IMG/VR virus record: IMGVR_UViG_3300031851_000001
Origin: a virus
Taxonomy: Duplodnaviria; Caudoviricetes
Length of the DNA stretch: 64,000 nucleotides
Reading direction: 5' to 3' (one strand)
Under the pieces are notes generated by a model. It was not told the DNA's origin, did no database searches, and worked only from the letters and a program-made list of their open reading frames with translations. Positions 37,432-46,400 of the stretch are shown one piece after another; positions within the stretch are counted from its first letter, which is position 1, and each line of letters opens with the position of its first letter. Position numbers and translations under genes: made by a program.

Positions 37432-38535
37432 TTATATCAATGGGTATTTATGAATTAAATATGGAATTCTGTTTTGACGTTTTGAAAAGAACTGAACATC
37501 TGTGTTAATTAATGCCAAGTCTTCTCTAATATTATCTGTGTTAAAGTTTCTTTCTAAAACTTTTTTAACAATAGGGAACACGTTATTGATTTCAGTATAT
37601 AAATCCATGTATTCCCAACCGTCAGCAGTCGTATCAGCTTTATTTTGATGAACGGCTATAAAGGCAGCGTCGTCTTTAACTTTATTCCACATTTCTTCTA
37701 ATTTATAAAACGCTAATGTATAGTTAGATTTATTAGCAGCATTTACATATACGTCTTTAAAGAATTGTTGTTTATCTGTAGCCCAGCCATTTTCTTCAGT
37801 TGCATTAGCATTCATATAATCAATAACTGACATAATATATGCCGAGTAGTGACGACGTGAAGTAAAGTGTTCCATAACATCTTTTGCCATAACTGGTGAA
37901 TGAATAGTAAATTTTTCAACAATCAATTCTGAAACGCCTGCACATGAATAGAAATCGTTTAAGAAGAATAGCAAGTCATAACTAAAGTTTTTACCATTCT
38001 GATATGTAATTACCCAAGGTGTTTCGCCTTCAGCATTTAATAAAGTATTTGTATGGTTTCTAACATCGTTATAAACTGTCGAGTTGCTCATTAAAGATAA
38101 TACTAAATCTTGGTTAATAACTGCTTCCATATAATGAGCAACCATCGCATTAATTGTTGTTGCATCTGCGTCAGGATAAAAACCACATGATGTTAACAAA
38201 CCAGCAGTATATTTTGCAAATACTTTAATCATATCCTCTTCGTCTGTAAACATAAGAATACGCTTATCACTATTTTGAATATAAGTAGGATTGGCAATAG
38301 TATCCCATTCTTCAAAATCTAATAGTTCTGATGAGCCTGATCGTGCACCTTCTGCCAGCGCTTCATACTCAGCAGGCTGAAGAAATGAGTCTACAAGGTC
38401 AGGCTGTACAATAGTAATTCGTCTTGGTTCAGCAGTGTGGTAAAAAGAATTTAATTCACCAATTACTGTTTCAACGTTTTGTGTATTCGTAATATACTTT
38501 TTATTATTTAAGTAATATAAACTCTGCCCAATCAT
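37432..38535 (-). CDS. hypothetical protein in radical SAM operon
   Basis: 367 aa, ATGA overlap with rSAM-E stop. Confidence 0.75.
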   Translation of the reverse strand: MIGQSLYYLNNKKYITNTQNVETVIGELNSFYHTAEPRRITIVQPDLVDSFLQPAEYEALAEGARSGSSELLDFEEWDTIANPTYIQNSDKRILMFTDEEDMIKVFAKYTAGLLTSCGFYPDADATTINAMVAHYMEAVINQDLVLSLMSNSTVYNDVRNHTNTLLNAEGETPWVITYQNGKNFSYDLLFFLNDFYSCAGVSELIVEKFTIHSPVMAKDVMEHFTSRRHYSAYIMSVIDYMNANATEENGWATDKQQFFKDVYVNAANKSNYTLAFYKLEEMWNKVKDDAAFIAVHQNKADTTADGWEYMDLYTEINNVFPIVKKVLERNFNTDNIREDLALINTDVQFFSKRQNRIPYLIHKYPLI

Positions 38536-39707
38536 GATCTTACTCCTAATTTTTCTATTGCGTCATCGTTCCAAGTAAAATCATACGGGTTATATTCTGC
38601 AAGGACATCTTTGTTCAATACACAACCGTTGACGTTTAATGATTCTTGGGCTTCAAAGATTAATCTGCTTGCACAGGCAACTGCAAATTTACAGTCAGCA
38701 CAATCTTTTACTTTACTAGACCTATTTATACCTTTTGTCACTAGTTCATTTTTACGATCTAATATTTGCTCGAATGTTAAACCAGTAACATCTAAATTTT
38801 TATTACCTAAGAAAAACGCTTGCTCATGCAGCATTACATTTAGGTGTGTAGTTGGACCATTTTCTCCTGGGACAATAGTAAGTCCAACAAAGTTAATTGA
38901 GTTACAATAAAGATTAGCCATTGACATAACGGTTTCTTGCGCATTATCTTTATCAATAACTCTACCAAGGAAATCGTTCCAACCAAATAAATTCTTTCTT
39001 TGTATCAATTGTGAATTGGCTCTAGAGAAAGCAGGGTTCATTTCTACAATTGTTTCATATTCGTTTACAGATTTTTGAATAATTTTATTATAAGTTTCTT
39101 TATCAATTTTTCTACCAACAACGTTAGAAGCCTGTAATGTCCACGACCAATCCATTTGTTTTGGTGTATTATTTTTAAAGAACTCTACCTTTTCCATAAC
39201 GTTATTAAAATATTCGTCATCGTTTAACATCTGATCTACTCTACCGATTGGCATAATAAATTCGATAATCATTTCGCGACGATACTTATCCTCATCATCA
39301 AGTACGGCAAAGATTTCTTTTACTTTATCCATAGTAGCCAAATCAAATTTAGCAGGTGCCGCGATACGAGCGCCAGTATGTTCTCTCATAATTTCTTGGA
39401 CTACTGAATTATTTAATACTGACTCTGTATTTTTAGCAGTGAAAAAGTCTGTTGGTCCAATAACGAACTCTCTTAAGTTAAGTCCAGTTCTTTTTACACC
39501 ATCTGCTAATTCTTTTGCTCTATCAATAATTTGTTGGTTCATAGCAGGGTCTATGTTTTTATCAACGAAACAACCTAAGCAGCCGTGATTACATCCTGCT
39601 AAAACTTCCATTTGAATTAGAACATCAAACTTAGTAGCATCTGACGGTGTTAGGCTTTCTGGACCAGAGTACCGCATTTGCTTACAATATGATTTTTGCA
39701 TTGACAT
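38532..39707 (-). CDS. divergent radical SAM protein (rSAM-E)
   Basis: CNHGCLGC, IGPTDFF, CADCKFAVAC...C; start at 39707, 1 nt after the upstream stop (track's 39800 extension lies in the upstream gene). Confidence 0.85.
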   Translation of the reverse strand: MSMQKSYCKQMRYSGPESLTPSDATKFDVLIQMEVLAGCNHGCLGCFVDKNIDPAMNQQIIDRAKELADGVKRTGLNLREFVIGPTDFFTAKNTESVLNNSVVQEIMREHTGARIAAPAKFDLATMDKVKEIFAVLDDEDKYRREMIIEFIMPIGRVDQMLNDDEYFNNVMEKVEFFKNNTPKQMDWSWTLQASNVVGRKIDKETYNKIIQKSVNEYETIVEMNPAFSRANSQLIQRKNLFGWNDFLGRVIDKDNAQETVMSMANLYCNSINFVGLTIVPGENGPTTHLNVMLHEQAFFLGNKNLDVTGLTFEQILDRKNELVTKGINRSSKVKDCADCKFAVACASRLIFEAQESLNVNGCVLNKDVLAEYNPYDFTWNDDAIEKLGVRS

Positions 39708-39708
39708 C

Positions 39709-40092
39709 TTATCTTCTTCCTCTCGAACTGTGGCAACTAGTATGACAACTTGCGTGACAATAGTATGCGTTAATAGTTCTGTTTGACATTCTTCCTTCAA
39801 TTAGATCAACTGTTCTTCTAGTTATATCTTCCAATGTATCAACAATATCCTGTCCGTAAATAATATTACCACTATTGATACCACCATCTACATAGTTATC
39901 ATATACATAGTAGTTTGCATTAACATATTCAAATCTATGGTAATGCCACTGTCCTCTAGTATAACTGGTAGCAGCACTACTAGCTCTTACATATGCGTTA
40001 ACATAAATTCCAACCGTTCTATCGAACGTTCTTAATTGTTGACCACTATATGTTCTTACCCACGACCTAACGTCATTTCTATCCATAGTCAT
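39709..40092 (-). CDS. putative radical SAM substrate/precursor protein 2 (C-terminal CHASCHTSCHSSRGRR)
   Basis: 127 aa, Tyr/Asn/Arg-rich, TAATG-coupled to its paralog. Confidence 0.8.
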   Translation of the reverse strand: MTMDRNDVRSWVRTYSGQQLRTFDRTVGIYVNAYVRASSAATSYTRGQWHYHRFEYVNANYYVYDNYVDGGINSGNIIYGQDIVDTLEDITRRTVDLIEGRMSNRTINAYYCHASCHTSCHSSRGRR

Positions 40093-40472
40093 TAGCGGCG
40101 CCCTCTCGAACTATGACACGAAGAATGGCAACTTGCGTGGCAATAATATGCATTAATAGTTCTGTTAGATATTCTACCTTCGCATAAATCAACCGTTCTA
40201 CGAACAACGCTACGAATAGAATCAATAACATCACCAGAACGAATAATTCCGCCAGTGTATATACCGCTATCCAGATAATTGTTATATACATAGTAGTTTG
40301 CATTTACGTATTCAAACCGCGTATAATGCCATTGACCTCTGGTATAACTTGTTCCCCAGTTAGAACCTCTAACATAAGCGTTGATATAAAATCCTACGGT
40401 TCTATCAAATGTTCTTAATTGTCGACCACATTGGTTTCTTACATTTGTATTTAACTGTGCATACGTTGGCAT
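40092..40472 (-). CDS. putative radical SAM substrate/precursor protein 1 (C-terminal CHASCHSSCHSSRGRR)
   Basis: 126 aa, starts 1 nt after the tail fibre stop; 83/111 residues identical to paralog (manual count). Confidence 0.8.
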   Translation of the reverse strand: MPTYAQLNTNVRNQCGRQLRTFDRTVGFYINAYVRGSNWGTSYTRGQWHYTRFEYVNANYYVYNNYLDSGIYTGGIIRSGDVIDSIRSVVRRTVDLCEGRISNRTINAYYCHASCHSSCHSSRGRR

Positions 40473-40473
40473 A

Positions 40474-43400
40474 CTATACTTTAACCTCTACTTCACCATT
40501 TTCACTATCAGATATCGCAATACCAATAATATCAAAGCTATTTATACCAGCAGTACCATAGTCTACGGCACGGCCTTTACCATCACGATCAGCAATAATC
40601 CATTGACCTTTAGTTGCATCGCCATTAATAAGAACTGGAATACGTCCTTTAAGAGCAACGAATGGGTTCATCTTAGACTCAATAGAGTCATCGTTGTCAT
40701 ATTCAATATGCTCATTCATTCTGTATGCAGGATTTGTAGAAACCGCACCAGCAACTGGCATTCCGGGTTGATACAATGTTACTTCTTTATCGCCGCCGAT
40801 ACCTAGGATATACCCAGGACCATAAATCGCGTCTGCTTCATATCTCTCTGCAAGGTCAGCCCATCTTGCTGACGTAGCCGTACCAACAAACACACCATCG
40901 TTTGCGATATAAGATCTATCAGAACCATTTTGTCTAAACTGACAAATTCTGTTTGAGTTTCCGCCTGCAACGATATAGAAACGGTTTGAGTGATATTCAA
41001 TTTTACCAACGTCGTTTCCTGGGTTACCTGTCCAGCTTTCGTTACCTGATTCTTCAAATCTAATACATGGTGAATAACCATCTTGGTGGCGAGTTCTTAA
41101 CTGCCATTGTCCTGCAGCATTTAAATCACCGGACCATGTTCTGTCACCATACATCCAACGACACATTGTACCGTTATATGTCGCTCTAAGTTGGAAAGAC
41201 ATAGATGAAGAGTTATTGTTACCAGTAGCAGCCCAATACTGACCTTGATAAGAATAAAAGTGTCCACCTGTACCTTGGTTATATAATCCATTGCGTGCTG
41301 AATCATTTCGGAGCCAACTCCTAGCATAAATATCGTTGCCTCTCATACCTGTATTAAAGTTAGAAAACGATGCTGGATCACAATAATAACCGGTGTTGTT
41401 TGAGTCATAGAAGATAGGCGCACGGAAGCTAAATCCTGAGTAAGCATAGTTTGCATCACCATAAACTCTAAACAAGTCAGAGTTACCAATACCACCAGTT
41501 GCCTGACCGTGTCGGCCAATATAGAAGTCTGCGCCAGAAGTATTGTTGTTATTTGAGTCTAAGTTAATATACACAGAACCATATGAGTTGATACGAATAT
41601 CGTCAGAAGTGTTACCATTAAGATCTCTAGCAGAGATTGAGTGGTTTGTGCTGTTATCACCGTATAAGGTAATAAAGTCACCACGATCACGCATATCAAA
41701 CTGGTCAGCTCGTACAACATTCATTTGAGATGTAGATGCAGGGTCTGTATAACGACCCGTGTTATTATTGTCATAGAATATTTGAGCTCTTAATGAACTA
41801 CGTGCTTGTAATGAGTTATTTACATAAACATCATTAGCACCTAATGGATCAGTCGCATTGTTGATTGACATAACCTGATTATTCATGTTGTAGTCATCAT
41901 AGAAACGCATACCATTATAGTTTGCATTAGCACCAAACTTAATACCTGTATGGAAAGCAATTCTTAAATCAGGGTAACGATATGACCAACCACCGCCTTC
42001 ACGGTAAATAGCATAAGCAGCTGATTCATTAGATGAAAAGTATAAACCAAACGTATCGTCTTGTGATACATCATCTTTATGTATAAACCTATTTGCTCGA
42101 ACATCGCCAGCAAAACTGTTGTCACCGGCTGGATTTAAGAAGTATGAAGAGTTGTTACGATCGTAATAAACATCGGCATACATATTACCATATACTTCAG
42201 TTGTACCACCGCGAGTTCTTAATGCCCATCCTGCACTATTATTAAGGAAACCAATATCATTCGAGTTATTTGCATATACATAACCTCGAATAGTACCGGC
42301 GTTTTCATCTCTAAATCGTATACCATTAGCAGATGAACCACCAGCAATGTTCCAATAGTCATCATTATCTGAATAGAAATGCTGACCTGTTGCAGTGTTA
42401 TATAAACCTCTACCATTTGTATCGTTACGGAACCAACCATCGTTATATACTTCAGAACGAATATCAAGTGTGTGCATTACCGATGTACTAGCAAAGTCAC
42501 CATAATAACCTGTGCTATCTCTATCGTAATATCTGCCAGCGTAAGCTCCGCCTGTTACGAATACATTACCGTCACCACGAACGAGAAGATTTGTTGTTCC
42601 GGATAATCCGCCATCTTTAAATGCGATGTCTTCACCACCCGATGTAGCAATAATTAAATGATTATCGTTTGTATCAGTAGCTTGGATATAACCACGAACA
42701 TTACCAGCACCCGTAATAAATTGAGCTTCACCACCATCAGCAAACTGAATAACATCAACTTTTGATGTATTTGATGGATCCATATAGAAAGACGTATTAT
42801 CTGAGTCAACTAATCTACTTGCATAGAAGTATGAACTTGTACCACCACCTGGGTTAGCGTTATAGATAGCAATATCAGAATAAGAAGAATAGGCTGTACC
42901 TGAGTTCCATGACTGTTGCCATAGACGCATACCACGACCAGACTTTTTAAACATCAATAAGTTATCTGAACCACCAGAAGAGTCTGTGTAAGATCTTAAG
43001 TGTAAGTAATCGGCATATGGTGCAGTGTTATCGTTGTTCCAAGATGTGAAACCAAACGTTAGTCGACCCGCAGTATCTTCATTTGGTTCAATAATACGGT
43101 TATCTTTTCGTAACAATGTTTGAGCATAACCATCAACATTACCTTGGATTACGTTATCAACTTGTAGTGTTAATAGTCTTGAAGTACCGTTACCATCAAT
43201 TTTATATGCAGTGTTATCACTATCATACCAAATTGGTGAACGTAACTGATTAGTACCTAAGAAGAAACCATCTTTAGTAGAGGCTTGTTCTGTACCAGCC
43301 CAATGAAGTTCTGTATCACCTGCTTGGCGATAGATCGTAGCCCACTGATTGTTCGTATCGTTATAGATACCAGCAATACCAGCTCCACTTGACATGAATA

Positions 43401-46400
43401 CCCAGTCATCGTTAATAGCATAACCTGCGTAACCACCTTTATTACCAGTTACACTAATGGAACCATAATTACCAGTAGATGTATCTAATTGATAAGTTGA
43501 GCCACCAAATTGAACTGCGTTTGCACGAAGAACATTAGTAAGAGATGTTGAAGCAGGATCTAAATAATAAGCATTATCGTCTGAGTCATAGAACCGACTT
43601 GCATAAGAACCGTTTAGAGCAGTATGCGTACCTGTTACAACAACATTACGAGACATAGCCCAATCACCATTAGCATCAGTCCAGTTATCGTCAGTAACAA
43701 ATCTTAGTCTGTCTGGGTTAGTACCCTCTGCCATTCTAAGCATTTGAGTTCCACCAGCAACCAACTGCATATCGTCAGCGCCAATAAATCTGATATATGT
43801 ATTTGTATCACCATTATGTCTGATATATTCATCAGCACGTATTTCGTTAAATACAGATGTTGAAGCAGGGTCAGCATAATAAGCTGAGTTATTAGAGTCA
43901 TAAAACCTTTGAGCATATGAATAACGTCCAGCCCAAACATCACCGTCAGACTCAACACGTAAACGATATGTACCATTACCGGCGCCAGATGTAAATTGTA
44001 AATTACCACCAGAATTTGTTGCTAAGTCATTTGGTGACTCATAAATTTGCCATAGGTTTCCGCCGTTCCATGCTAGTCCTTCAGACGGTCCCGGATCGTT
44101 GAATGTTAATTTGTTTACGTTATTAATATTACCATTTGTCCAATCCCAGTTACCTGCGACTTTAGATGGACCTTTTGGTTCAATATAATAGTTAGTATCG
44201 TTAAGATCTCTAAACCTACCAGCATCAATAATATTTGCTGATATGTTGTCTGCAGAAACATCACCAGTAACAGTAAGATCCCCACCGATTGAAGCATCAG
44301 TAACGACAGTTAATCCTTCAGCTTTTATACTCGATTGTACATCAACTCTCTTTAGAATTGGTGGACCAAATTCACGAGTTGCACCGTTTGGCGCAAAGTT
44401 CATAAGAGAAACTAATCTAACAAACCGAACACCTGCACCATCTGAACCATTAAATGGCGTATGGGTAGTTGGAAGCGTATGCTCACCTTTATATTCAGTC
44501 CAGCCTGTGGCGGTGTGGTCAACCGCAGATGCCGCGAAGTATACAATACCATCGTTAGCAGCAATTGGATTTTTATCTTTATCGTATTGTCTAACACCTA
44601 AGTAAAATAAACCGCCAGTACCACTGATGCGTCGTACTGCCTGTTCTGCATAAATTGTTTCTCCCGGCTCAACTGGAATAAAGTCAGAGTCAAAATCTCT
44701 GTAACCGTTAGTTCTTAATACATAACTTGATGCGAATGGGCCATCACCATTTAAAACATAATCACTGGTAGATGTAGTTGCGCTATTTTCAATACCTTGC
44801 ATTGGTTGGATAACTCGTTTATCCCAATAATCTGATGCATCAAACATTTTCATATCAGCAAGGCCAGAGCCATACGTTTTTAACAATCCAAGATTTTCAT
44901 TACCACCATTAAGAGCAAGTGATCCAAATATACCAGCGCCATAAGCTTGTATGTCACCATTTTCTGAGAACCAGAAACGCTCACCTATATTATTAAACGA
45001 AATACCCATCGCAGAGCGAGAGTTTCTTGTTTGGTGGAATATAGATGGGAAGTTAGCATCAGCAGTAGTATTTTGTAAAACGATCAAACGTTGTTGTGCA
45101 GACTTAACTTCAAGTGGATATGTAGTATTATTAAAGATTGCGCTATCGCCTGCCTTAACAGATTTAAGTCTAGATTGACCAGACGGTTGCATATAAAATG
45201 CAGCGTTATTTAAATCATAGAATATTGGAGAACGCATACTGTTTGGAGCAGAACCATAACCGTTTTCAGCACCAATTTGGTGAATGTTATTTGAATGTAA
45301 TCTTGTAAAGTTATTTCTGTTTGCAGTCAGTGACCATTCATTATCAGTCTCGTTATACAGACCCATCTCTGTAGCACCGCTGGATATAAAGCCCCAGTCA
45401 TTACTAATCATATAACCTGCATAACCATCTCTTTCGCCTTCAACCATAATAGTCCCTTTAGGACCTGATGGTGAGTCGATAGTTAGAGAACTGCCATCCA
45501 TTTGGATTTGATTTGTTCTAACAACATTAAGTATAGATGTTGAAGCAGGATCTAAATAATAAGCATTGTTTCCTGAGTCATAATAACGTGGAGCGTAAAC
45601 ATCAAGGTTAAAGTCAGCAGAGTTATCATCAATGTTTAATCTCTGTGTATTATTGATAAACAATTTATAGATACCAGCGGCTGAGAAACCGAAGTATGTA
45701 TCTTCATCACCTTTATGTCTAATATAATCGTCTAAGTCAATTCTATTCATTACTGATGTACCAGCAAAGTCACCATAATAAGCGTTGTCATTATAATCGT
45801 AATAAGTAGGGAAATATGCCATGTCATTGGCATCGGCTGCTGATATGCCGCCGTTGAAATTCACTCTCTTATTGAATAGGAATATTGCTCTGTCTGTATC
45901 AAACTGAGCTGACCCTGCAACCTTAGATCCAATATCTAAAGTACCAGTTGGTGTTGTGAACCTATGAGCATTGGCTGTATTTGGCTCAAACTTGTAAGTT
46001 CCACCAGCATCAGAGAATATTGGAGAACGCATATCTGTTGCAGCTTCAGCATATGTTGAATATACATCAAGCTGTGCGGTTCCACCGGCAGTAAATATAA
46101 TTTGGTCAGCGCCAAAACCAATTTTAGTATTAGTATTTCCGTCGTGTATAATTTCACCGACAAGACTTATATTATTCATTCGTGATGTACTAGCAAAGTC
46201 ACCGTAGAATAAAACATCATCTGCATCTAGGTATTGAGCGAATGAAGCATTACCTGTTGATGTGAGTAATTTATTATTTCTAATTCTAAGATTGTTGGCA
46301 TCGTTCATATAGAAACCGCCACCTTGACCAAAGCCAAGTTCATCCATTCTTAGGAATGTAGCAGTTCCATTACCGACAACATATGCATCATCAGTACCAT

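Noticed and set aside
27231-39707. Radical SAM genes as a DNA-hypermodification or queuosine/7-deazaguanine (QueE) or NrdG pathway
   Set aside because: No accompanying QueC/QueD/FolE/DpdA, kinase or NrdD here; SPASM-type C-termini and linkage to fibre and CHxS proteins fit peptide modification better. Not fully excluded.
39708-39800. 31-aa N-terminal extension of rSAM-E in the ORF track
   Set aside because: It lies in another frame of the upstream precursor gene; ATG 39707 directly follows that gene's stop.
40079-40303. 74-aa hydrophobic minus-strand ORF
   Set aside because: Alternate frame inside precursor 1; it mirrors the alternate frame of precursor 2, as expected from duplication, and has no independent support.
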